DNA from: Octopus sinensis
Lineage: Eukaryota
Assembly: GCF_006345805.1 (NCBI RefSeq)
Contig: NC_043020.1
Span: forward strand, 17,050,001 to 17,114,000
DNA length: 64,000 nt
Reading direction: 5' to 3'
The notes beneath the pieces were generated by a model. The model saw only the letters and a list, made by a program, of their open reading frames with translations. It did no database searches and was not told where the DNA came from. Made by a program: the position numbers and the translations under genes. Shown here in pieces: positions 38,496 through 49,789 of the stretch (positions within the stretch are counted from its first letter, which is position 1; every line of letters begins with the position of its first letter).

Positions 38496-39531
38496 CTAGC
38501 ATTAAAGACCCGTTTGTTGCCGGGTCATAGTGCTAGTGCATGTATATATGTGTATATATATATGTGTACATATTACATGTACATCTATATATATACATCT
38601 ACACATAAAATGCAAAATACAAAGTTATATCTTGATATCGCTAGTGATAACAATACTCAAAATATATAACAGACTGGAATTGTTAGTCCGTCTCTTGTAA
38701 TTTCGATCAATTGTATCTTGTCTTCCCTCTTGTATAGAAGTGTGGCTACAATCCAGCCTACCTCTACTTCGGGGAGGGGGGTATTTTTCATTTTTTTCCG
38801 GGACACCCTACATCCCAGATATAAAGGTAAGAATAAAATATTTCCACTTTGCAAGTTTGAGTCGAGTACTCCCTTGCACGTTCCGTTGACTTGAACCTTG
38901 CTTCTATTGTGGAGAATTTACCGCCTCTGATTAGATATCTTTCATAGTCACACCAAGACACTTTTCGAAGGTGCTTTCCTCCATGTGTTAAAATCTTTTT
39001 TCTCTACATTGTAAACTTTATAGACAATAGTCTTTTCTTTAATTTAATTTTTTATTATCCATCTGGACTATTCCATTTCTGCACGCTAATTTTATTTTTA
39101 ATTTATTCCCATTCATGTGAAACCACTTATTCAAGTTCAAATCATTGATGCAATTTTATACCAATTGCTATTTTTACTTTTGTTATTTAACGATTATATT
39201 ATACTTTAGTTTGATTTTAATTATTACTTACTACATATAATTCAATTGTTATTATTATTGTTATTGTTAAAGTGAAAGCATCTGACATAAAATAGAGAAA
39301 TAATTTTGTTTCACTTTTAACACGTAATACTGAAATAGTGGCGAAGATATGATATTGCTATGGGCTCGCTCAAGGCAAAAAGCTGAACATTTTTTTTGGC
39401 CCATGAAACTACATGGACCCTAAGTAAGGCATGTGTAAAATTTGAATGAAATTGGTTGTGTTGTTCTCAAGTTTTAGGGAAACACACAGACAGATAGACA
39501 GACACACATTCTCAGTTTTATATATATAAAG
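38496..39531 (-). mobile_element. Non-autonomous Helitron-like element
   Basis: 5' ctttatatatataaaactgag...(gtct)n; 3' gacccg/cgggtc hairpin + CTAG^T; internal part shared with 41168-41440. Confidence 0.55.
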
Positions 39532-39562
39532 GTATATATATACATATATGTATACATATATA

Positions 39563-39608
<46 letters not shown>

Positions 39609-39745
39609 TATATATAATATATATAATATATATATATATGTATATTTGTGTGACTGAGAGAGAGAGGAAAAGAGAGTATGGCATGTGTGTGTGAGAGAGA
39701 GAGAGATAATATAATGCATGTGTTTTTTGCATCCATGTGTGTATC

Positions 39746-39810
<65 letters not shown>

Positions 39811-39929
39811 GTGTGTTTGTGTGTGTGTGTTTGTGTGTGTGTGTATATATAACCAGCCGAAATTGCAAAGATAATCTGGAACTCGACTGAGGATAGAAAA
39901 CTCCAAATGACCCGTTATTATTATTATTA

Positions 39930-40700
39930 TTATTAATATCAGGAAATCAATATTAGAAAATTCTTCAGAAAGATATATACGTGTGTAAAATAATTGTTGC
40001 ATTACGAATATAAATATATATAAAAAATATATGTAAATATGTATAAGTATAAATATATAATGTATATGATAGTTTAAAAATTTTGAATTAAGTTTTTAAA
40101 GCATCTTACAATCGTTTCACAGAAATGCTGTCCCTATAATGGAATCCTATATTGATAAGCATTTATAGACAACTCTTCTGCTCTTCAGAGATATAAAATT
40201 TGAATTTTGTATAATATATCAAATGGTAGTTTTTTTTAAAATCTGAAGTAATACTATAAAATGGTGTTTGTTTGAAATATAAATTAAAAATTAAAGGGAC
40301 ATTATAGGGACAGCACTTCTGTGAAACAATCGTAAGATGCTTTAACCCTTTAGTGTTTAAACCGGCCATATCTGGCCCAGATATTCTACATGTTTTACAT
40401 TCAAATGGGCGATATCTAGCCTCTCACACCTAACCTACATTGATATTCTAAAACCTCAAAGCTATAAGATAATGTATGATTAATTCAAAACAATTTAAGT
40501 GAAAAATTATTACATTTAACAGAGTAATCTGAACACTAAAGGGTTAAAAACTTAATTCAAAACTTTTAAACTGTCATATACATTATGTATTTATACTTAT
40601 ACATATTTACATATATTTTTATTTTTAATACAACTATTATTTTACACACGTATATATCTTTCTGAAGAATTTTCTAATATTAATTTCCTGATATTAATAA
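39930..40700. mobile_element. Foldback/MITE with ~210-bp TIRs; right arm interrupted by a piggyBac MITE
   Basis: Left arm 39930-40141 is the reverse complement of 40300-40345 + 40548-40700. Confidence 0.8.
40346..40543 (+). mobile_element. piggyBac-type MITE (198 bp)
   Basis: TTAA TSD; ends CCCTTTAGTGTT...AACACTAAAGGG. Confidence 0.9.
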
Positions 40701-40894
40701 AAATATATTATAAAATATATATAATCACTCGTATTAAATATATAAATACTTTAATAGTATTAATAATTTGATATAATAGAGCACTCAATATAAATTCAGT
40801 ATATAATATTCTCATCGAATATATTTAACTACAGATATATATATATATATAGCATGGACTCTCCTATTGTCAGACGACATATGAGGATTTGGCA

Positions 40895-41137
40895 ATTTCT
40901 TGCCAAATAACTACACAGATGATTTGTTTATAGTGACCAAATGTTTATGTACACATAAATACACTCCCTCCATCAAATTGACATTACCTGTACAGGTGTA
41001 CTGTGAGCTACAGGTCAGACGATGAAATGATTGCAGAGCCATGGGAAATGAACTGCTTGGCTCAAGAACACAACACAATACCCAGTTTGGGAATCGAATC
41101 CATGATCTCGCAATCATGAGTGCAACACCCTAACCAT
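40895..41137 (-). mobile_element. SINE C2
   Basis: Reverse-complement match to 9131-9385. Confidence 0.7.
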
Positions 41138-41167
41138 GTAGCATATAAGACCATAGCGGATCTTCTT

Positions 41168-41440
41168 CTAGCAAAATGGATGTCCACTTTTAATGATTCA
41201 TCCCTCTTATATAATAGTTTTACTTTAATAGTTTCAGTATGAAAGTGAAAGCATGTGACATTACAATAGAGAGATGTTTTTGTTTCACTTTTAACACGTA
41301 ATACTGAAATAGTGGAGAAGATATGATATTACCGTGGGCTCGCTCTACATGGACCCTAAGTAAGGCATGTGTAAAATTTGAATGAAATTGGTTGTGTAGT
41401 TCTCAAGTTTTAGGGATTCACACAGACAGACAGACACACA
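41168..41440 (-). mobile_element. Shorter Helitron-like copy related to 39265-39480
   Basis: Shared aaagtgaaagcat...ctacatggaccctaagtaaggc with a ~38-bp deletion. Confidence 0.65.
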
Positions 41441-41491
41441 TATATATATATACATACATGTATATATATGGATTGTGTATATATATGTATA

Positions 41492-41541
<50 letters not shown>

Positions 41542-41711
41542 AAATGAGAAAATGGAGAAACATACATAAATCAATCATCAACCATCAGATAATACCCAAT
41601 CAATACTTTATTAAACCATACACAACAGCACTGACATTATACATAATATATTGCAAATATAACTAGACATGGAAATAGAAATAGAAAATAATATATATAT
41701 ATATATACATG

Positions 41712-41763
<52 letters not shown>

Positions 41764-41993
41764 ATATAGAAATATTAAAATTACTAAGTCTCTCTAAAAG
41801 AGAACAGCGGCAGCGTTCCCGGAAAATAATAGTTATCGCCATACTAATATGGCATTCTTTAAAAAATAAGAAAAAAGCTGTCCGCTTATTAGCTCCATGA
41901 GGCCATCGCCTTAAGTTAGCTATTTGATACACAAACTGTATCCATATAACCTTCGAACAAGGGAGGTCAGTTGCTCCACACTACTGACCGGCA

Positions 41994-42036
41994 GCTACAG
42001 ACGCGTTTCGGGGTATTGCCCCTTTTTCAATGCAGC
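41994..42036 (-). ncRNA. Minimal type-I hammerhead motif, U3:A8 variant
   Basis: GCUGCA-UUGAAAAA-GGGG-caaua-CCCC-GAAA-CGCG-UC-UGUAGC. Confidence 0.7.
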
Positions 42037-42355
42037 GTAGCCAGCCAGTAGGTGTCGCTTCTGACAAACTCTCTGTTCGATGGTTTTATTTACCTAGTTT
42101 CGGTGGAATACATCCACTTGTTTTCAATAATAGAATATTAAAATTACTAAGTCTCTCTAAAAGAGAACAGCGGCAGCGTTCCCGGAAAATAATAGTTATC
42201 GCCATACTAATATGGCATTCTTATGAAAATAAGAAAAAAGCTGTCCGCTTATTAGCTCCATGAGGCCATCGCCTTAAGTTAGCTATTTGATACACAAACT
42301 GTATCCATATAACCTTCGAACAAGGGAGGTCAGTCGCTCACACTACTGACCGGCA

Positions 42356-42398
42356 GCTACAGACGCGTTTCGGGGTATTGCCCCTTTTTCAATGCAGC
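42356..42398 (-). ncRNA. Minimal type-I hammerhead motif, U3:A8 variant (second tandem copy)
   Basis: Identical to 41994-42036, 362 nt away. Confidence 0.7.
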
Positions 42399-42879
42399 GT
42401 AGCCAGCCAGTAGGTGTCGCTTCTGACAATCTCTGTTCGATGGTTTTATTTACCTAGTTTCGGTGGAATACATCCACTTGTTTTCAATAATAGAAATATT
42501 AAAATTACTAAGTCTCTCTAAAAGAGAACAGCGGCAGCGTTCCCGGAAAATAATAGTTATCGCCATACTAATATGGCATTCTTATAAAAATAAGAAAAAA
42601 GCTGTCCGCTTATTAGCTCCATGAGGCCATCGCCTTAAGTTAGCTATTTGATACACAAACTGTATCCATATAACCTTCGAACAAGGGAGGTCAGTCGAAT
42701 GCCATATTAGTATGGCGATAACTATTATTTTCCGGGAACGCTGCCGCTGTTCTCTTTTAGAGAGTCTTAGTAATTTTAATATTTCTATTATTGAAAACAA
42801 GTGGATGTATTCCACCGAAACTAGGTAAATAAAACCATCGAACAGAGATTGTCAGAAGCGACACCTACTGGCTGGCTAC

Positions 42880-42921
42880 GCTGCATTGAAAAGGGGCAAT
42901 ACCCCGAAACGCGTCTGTAGC
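42880..42921 (+). ncRNA. Minimal type-I hammerhead motif, U3:A8 variant (inverted copy)
   Basis: GCUGCA-UUGAAAA-GGGG-caaua-CCCC-GAAA-CGCG-UC-UGUAGC. Confidence 0.72.
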
Positions 42922-43368
42922 TGCCAGTCAAGTAGTGTGGAGCGACTGACCTCCCTTGTTCGAAGGTTATATGGATACAGTTTGTGTATCAAATAGCTAA
43001 CTTAAGGCGATGGCCTCATGGAGCTAATAAGCGGACAGCTTTTTTCTTATTTTTATAAGAATGCCATATTAGTATGGCGATAACTATTATTTTACATGTA
43101 TATATATAGATGTATATGTATATATGTATATGTATAACTGTATATGTATACATGTATGTGTAGATGTTTATGTAATATGTACACACACATATATATATAC
43201 ATATATACATGCATACATATATACACCCATACACGCATACCACCCCACACACATACATAGGTGCAGGTGTGGCTGTGTGGTAACAAACTTGGTTTCAAAA
43301 CACATGGTCCTCAGTTTAGTCCCACTGTGTGGTAACTTGGCATGTGTCTTCTGCTATAGCCTCACACC

Positions 43369-43518
43369 AAGTCTTTCCTTGTTTGTTTTGCAAAATAGTG
43401 GTTTTGTCTCTAATAATATTTTATAATATTTTACTATAAAATTGGATTTAATCCTAAATCTGATTTTTTCCCTGTAAATTTGGATTTATTCCCTAATATT
43501 TATTATTATTATATATAT
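43369..43518 (+). mobile_element. 3' fragment of the 23243-23660 family, inserted after a SINE A head (43262-43368)
   Basis: Identical to 23511-23660. Confidence 0.85.
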
Positions 43519-43519
43519 A

Positions 43520-44819
43520 TATAAAACACCCTAATGGGGGCCTTAACTCACAAATTTCAGTAATTTCTTTTATGATCCAAAGCTAGGTCAAACGTACTGA
43601 ATGGATCTTTATGAAATTTGGAAATTATATTCTATGCATAAGGGCCATAACCTCCATGACAATTCATATATTTTTGCTGTTGATGAAATTTTAACCATAG
43701 ATTATTAGACACAAATCAAGTAATATTTATAAAATTTCATCTTCTTACAACTTAGAAAGACCCTTCCATGGGGACTTAACATTCACAGTTTTGTCATTTT
43801 ATCTAAGCAAAAATGAATATAGTTGTGCTCTTGGAAGCAGTAGGGTCACACGAGCATAAAAGACAAGCATTATTTGTAATTCAATGGTACAACAGCGTAA
43901 CAGTTTGCTTTGACATACACTTACATTGTGATTTCTGCAATGTGGTGCATAAATTGTCAAGTAAATGAGAAGCATCTTTGCCTCCACTGATTCAGTTGCA
44001 AAGTGTGGAGTAAAGTTATTTGATTGCAGACCTCCTTTCAGTCTTTTTATTATCACTGGGTCACACATAGTCCCCAGATGGTAATATTGATTTCAAGGCC
44101 TTCCCAGATGAGTGACTGGTTATTCAAAGACATTTATAGATTGTAAGCTTATTCTGTCCAGTTACGTATCAGTATAGCGGTCATTTGCAACTCCAGAGGT
44201 GACACTTTCATTTCTCCTTAGCCCTCACGTCACACAGTTTTTAATGTTTATTTCAGTTGGGTCACGCCCTTCCAATTGCTATAGATTCGTAATGCATCTT
44301 ACAGCTGTGCCTGTCACCTGGATGGGAAACGACTAGGGTAGGGTAACTGACTGCTTATTGTGATCATTCGTCTTTTGGTTTCCTGTAGCTTTGCTCTCTT
44401 TTACAAACCCAGTGAACATATATTTCCTATTTCAAAGAAATTCAATCAATAGATATAAGACCCAAGTTAAAAAGATTCTCAACAATTCAACTTCTCTGGT
44501 TGACATTAAGACGCCCACCCCCAACAGGGGCCTTAACTCACACATTTTAGAGCTCCATGACCTTCATTTTTCAGGAGCAAAATCTTTTTAACAGGTTCAA
44601 TAAGACTGGAATTTTGGAATATGTGCATAAAAATCAGTAGTATGGGATACATGTGGCCCGATTACAATTTTTTTAGAGTGCGTAAAGAGGGAAATAACCC
44701 TCATCTGCAATTTTGATGAAATTCGAAGCATCGATATTCTAGTTCTTTACAGAAAATATAACAGAAAAAACTAATTCTTCAATCGCATGTACACGGGCAA
44801 CGCCGGGTATCTCTGCTAG
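43520..44819 (+). mobile_element. Helitron-derived element (~1.3 kb), possibly with a decayed Pif1-like helicase remnant
   Basis: 3' ...cacgggcaacgccgggtatctctgCTAG^T; weak IITGSH and LQR*HFHFSLALT similarity to the helicase region. Confidence 0.65.
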
Positions 44820-44970
44820 TATAATATATATATATATATATATATATAAATTATTAATACAAAACAATAAGAGAGAGTCCACTATGTATCCCAGTCTTTT
44901 ATACGCTAGGCCACTTGGTGTTTGAATTGATGTTACTAATTAATATTCAATTTTTTCATCCTTATTTTGA

Positions 44971-45023
<53 letters not shown>

Positions 45024-45044
45024 ATGAATAATATATATATATAT

Positions 45045-45082
<38 letters not shown>

Positions 45083-45509
45083 TATATACATATATATATA
45101 CACAGGTATGGTAATGCAAACAGGAAAATAGAACTCAAAATATGAGTATATGAGTTGTAGTGCACCTGAGCACTGTACACAATTATTATTATTATTATTA
45201 TTTATATTTTGTGCTAATGCACGAAACTCGGCCCTTGAGTCACTCTGCTGTTCCTCCTAAGTATGAAACGATAATAAAAAATACATATATAACATGAGTG
45301 TGTCTTTGCGTTTATCCTCCAGCACCGCCACGCAACCGGTGTTGGTTTGTTTAAGTCCCCGTGATGCAGCGGTTCGGCAAAAAGAAACCGATAGAACAAG
45401 TACCAGGCTACAAAAAAAAAAGTGGGGGGGAGGAATAAGTACTTGTGTTAATTCGTAAAACTAAAATATCTTGAAGCGTGAGCGTAGTACAATGACTGAA
45501 ACAAATAAA

Positions 45510-45540
<31 letters not shown>

Positions 45541-45620
45541 GACACACGCACGAATATTTGTATCTTTAACGTATTCTTATCCATTATACATGCATATCTC
45601 TCTCTCTCTCTCTCTATTTC

Positions 45621-45651
<31 letters not shown>

Positions 45652-45959
45652 ATATATACGTATATATATATGTATGTATATATATACGATATATATATAT
45701 ATATATATATATACATACATATATATGTATATATATTTATATATATGTATATTTATACACGCACACACATGTATGTATGTAGAGGGAGAGAGAGAAAGAA
45801 AAGGATTTTATTAGGGAAAAAGAACTCAAATATTTAATAGCACAAAGGAAATATCTATATATATAGGTGTGTGTGTGTGCATATATATATATACGTATGT
45901 ATTATTATGTATAAATATATTGAACTAAATATATCGTGTGTATATATATATAAAAGCGT

Positions 45960-46346
45960 TTGAACGTCAATGACATGCCGGGTGAATAAAACAAACAGTA
46001 AGGAGGGGGAAATGCAAGGCAAAATCGTAATGGGAACGAGGCAACCAATAGCTTGCAGCGATGTAGGTCACGGGACTGAGGTGGCTTTCCCCCAGCAGAG
46101 AGAGAGAGTGAAGGAAAGACAGACGACGGAAACGGTTATTCCCCCCCCTCATTCGGTCTGTGGTGGATGTGGGTAAAAAAAAAAAACATACCTATTACCG
46201 ACAAACACAACAGAACCGAGGGAAGGATATTAAAAAAAAAAGATATGGTCAAATTCAGGCGGATTTCATCTTGATGATGCTCGTAATTTAACCATCGGAT
46301 GGCTGAAGAAAGACAGGGTGAGGGGAACGATTGTTGAGGAAGGATA
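45960..46346 (+). promoter_or_regulatory. DOT1L: Probable DOT1L promoter/5' UTR: CpG-enriched island, CCAAT box (46045-46049), three uORFs
   Basis: Sharp GC/CpG rise against AT-rich flanks, directly upstream of the start codon; AACCAATAG fits an NF-Y site. Confidence 0.7.
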
Positions 46347-46415
46347 ATGGAATTAAAGCTTCATAGCCCGGCTGGAGCGGAGGCTGCCGTTTATACGTGG
46401 CCTCTTGCCTCGACG
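46347..46415 (+). CDS. DOT1L: Histone H3K79 methyltransferase DOT1L, coding exon 1: MELKLHSPAGAEAAVYTWPLAST
   Basis: Matches the recalled DOT1L N-terminus [20 protein letters not shown]; in-frame stop upstream (46335); GTGAGT donor, phase 0. Confidence 0.92.
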
Positions 46416-46520
46416 GTGAGTTTATTTACCACATTAATATATATATAAAGATATGTGTTTGTGAGTCTCTATATAAAAATAGACACAAACACAAAGATGC
46501 AAGCACAAATACAAACATGC

Positions 46521-46558
<38 letters not shown>

Positions 46559-46684
46559 TCGTGTCTTGTGTCTTCCCGTTAGCCTCTCTGTCTCTCTATC
46601 TCAATGTATGTTTCTTAATGCAGTTCCTTATTGGACTAACGTTCTAATTATCTACCTAACACCCCCTCCATCTATGCATTTCTG

Positions 46685-46723
<39 letters not shown>

Positions 46724-46734
46724 ACCATCTATGC

Positions 46735-46757
46735 ATGTGTGTATGTGTATATACATT

Positions 46758-46794
<37 letters not shown>

Positions 46795-47074
46795 ATATAC
46801 ATTTATATATATATATGTGTGTATGTGTATATACATTTATATATATATATATATGTGTGTGTGTATATACATTTATATATATATGTGTATATACATTTAT
46901 ATATATGTGTGTGTATGTGTATATACATTTATATATATGTGTGTGGATACATTTATATATGTGTGTGTGTGTATACATTTATATATATATGTGTGTGTGT
47001 GTGTATATACATTATATATATGTGTGTGTGTGTGTGTATATACATTTATATATATGTGTGTGTGTATATACATT

Positions 47075-47105
<31 letters not shown>

Positions 47106-47165
47106 ATATACATTTATATATATATATATGTGTGTGTGTGTATATACATTTATATATATGTGTGT
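46735..47165. repeat. Minisatellite of (GT)n-ATATACATTT-(AT)n units
   Basis: About 16 recurrences of gtatatacatttatatat. Confidence 0.9.
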
Positions 47166-47277
47166 GGTATATAGTTTGTGTGTTTTTCTTCCCGTTAACT
47201 AAGCCATTATCTATATATAAATATCTAGTTCCTCGTTGGACGGGTGTTATTTAAAGATTACACCCCCTCTATTCAGA

Positions 47278-47327
47278 TCTATCTATCCATCTATCTATCT
47301 ATCTATCTATATAGCTATCTATCTATC

Positions 47328-47384
<57 letters not shown>

Positions 47385-47401
47385 CTTACCTACCTATATA
47401 G

Positions 47402-47449
<48 letters not shown>

Positions 47450-47481
47450 ATATCTATCTATCTACTTACCTACCTATATAG

Positions 47482-47540
<59 letters not shown>

Positions 47541-47578
47541 CTTACCTACCTATCTAGCTATCTATCTATCTATCTACT
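47278..47578. repeat. (CTAT)n microsatellite
   Basis: Direct read. Confidence 0.95.
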
Positions 47579-47698
47579 CATATGTGAGATGAAGGTGTGT
47601 GTGTGTATATATACCTGGAATTCTATTGTCTATGGAGATATGTGCAGATGTGCTTGTGTTTGGTATAGTTTATATGTGTATATGAAATTATTGCATTG

Positions 47699-47737
<39 letters not shown>

Positions 47738-47884
47738 ACTGGTGATGCTCCAGCGTGGTCATAGACCAATGACCGAAACAGTACACACACACATGCTTGT
47801 GTATGTGTGAGTACGTGTTTCATCAATGTACAAAATATATTCAGACACATGAATAACTATATACTATTTATACATATGAAAGCA

Positions 47885-47925
<41 letters not shown>

Positions 47926-48439
47926 TATAATATATATATATATATATTATATATATTATATATATATACACACATAATATTGTGTATATGCATATACATG
48001 TGTAAATATATATAAATTTACTTAAGATGAGTTAATAGATATATGTATCTATACATGTGTGTGCGTTTAAAAATATTTATACATGTGTACGCGTATATAA
48101 TGAATTATACAATGTGAATATATGTATTTATACACGCGAACTCACATAAAGAATCTTGCAAACCACATCCAAAACGAAATGTATTTACATTTGAGTATGT
48201 TTATATATAGCTAAATGTATGTAGTTGGTGTCTATATATAATCTGCCTATGCGTGGGATATATATATATATATATATATATGATGTTGCATGCGAGATAT
48301 ATTTACACATGTGTATATATGCCACTTACGTGTATGTTTATCCTCATATTTCTATGTATGTATATGCGGTTTCTATATGTATGTATTTATGTATCTCTGT
48401 CTCTCTCTCTCTCTGTCTGTCTCTCTCTCTCTCTCTCTA

Positions 48440-48488
<49 letters not shown>

Positions 48489-48797
48489 CTATATATAGTG
48501 TGTTTGCGTATGTATGCATATATGAATATGTGTTGATATTATATATTTGTTCATGTGTATATTTGCACACACACACATCATTTAACGTCTGTGTCACATG
48601 CTGGCATGGGTTCGACGGTTTGACAGAAACTGGCAAGCTGGAGAGGTACACTTGCACCTCTCCTTGCCAGGCACACACACACATATATATAAACATAAAC
48701 ATGTTTGTGTGTATATATATATAGATATAAATGGATATGTGTTTGTATTTCCATGTGTGTATATATCTATGTACCTGTATATATTTATGTGTGTGTA

Positions 48798-48832
<35 letters not shown>

Positions 48833-49374
48833 GTAGGTGTGTATGTATGTATGTGTATATATATATATATATATGTAGGTGTGTATGTATGTATGTGTAT
48901 ATATATATATATGTAGGTGTGTATGTATATATATATATATATGTAAGTGTGTATGTATATATGTGTGTGTGTGTGTGAGTTAGTGATTATATTTATATAT
49001 GTATACTCACATGGTTCAAATTTGCAAAGCTGTTAGAACATTGACCTGAGGGGAATGGTCTCTGCCAGATTGAAAAATGATCAAAGCATGCCATAAATGA
49101 TGACAGTGCCCCCACGACACCATCAAAGAGTTGAGGGCCCAGCATGATACAACTAACATTGGGGTATAATGAGGTCTTGGGGCCCATTGGATCTGCTCAA
49201 TCCACCCAGTGGATATCACTATTGATGATGGACATAAAAGGATGATGATATACACGGATCCTTTCCCCCACACACGCATGCACACTCAACACATATAGTG
49301 AGCTTCTGAACTGTTCCAGTTTAGCAAATTCCTTCTCAAAGCATTTGAGTGTCCATGGCTATAGCAGTCCACAG

Positions 49375-49787
49375 CAGCTGTGCGGTTAAGAAGCTTGCTT
49401 CCACTCCATTGTAGTCTCAGATTTTGTTTCCCTGAGCCTCACCTTGGGTGAGTGCCTTCAACTGTAACTCCAGACTGACCCCTAAGTATTGGGAGTGGAT
49501 TTGGCAGATGGAAATTGAAAATAACCTGTTGTATGTGTGCTTGTGTATACTCTTGTCCTTGACAGTATGGTTGTTAACGAGTATCACTCTCATATAAATG
49601 ATGCTGTGCATTTCCAGTCTGCCATGAAAAACATGTCTAACCATGTGGAAATATTACCTTGCTCAGAAACAGGTGAGGGTTGAAGACAGGAAGAGCATCC
49701 AGCCGTAGAAAATCTGCCATGACAAATTCAGTCTGACCCATGCAAGCATAGAAAAGTGGAAGTTAAGTGAATGAATGATGACTTAGT
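49375..49787 (+). mobile_element. SINE A2: family-A-like head/CORE with an RTE-type 3' tail
   Basis: Head gctgtgcggttaagaagcttgc...ttgggtgagtg; tail gaagagcatccagccgtagaaa...gcaagcatagaaaagtggaagttaa..(tga). Confidence 0.65.
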
Positions 49788-49789
49788 TC

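Larger units (their letters stand above)
41771..43092 (-). mobile_element. Retrozyme/Penelope-like multimeric insertion: ~2.6 tandem 360-364-bp units plus a ~395-bp 5' inverted segment, 16-bp TSD
   Basis: Unit starts 41767, 42131, 42491; inversion 42698-43092; TSD tacatgtatatataga at 41755-41770 and 43093-43108; three HHR motifs. Confidence 0.85.

Noticed and set aside
46187-46193. Minus-strand donor-like AGGTATG suggesting a divergent gene
   Set aside because: No convincing minus-strand host exons found downstream; a single 7-mer is not evidence
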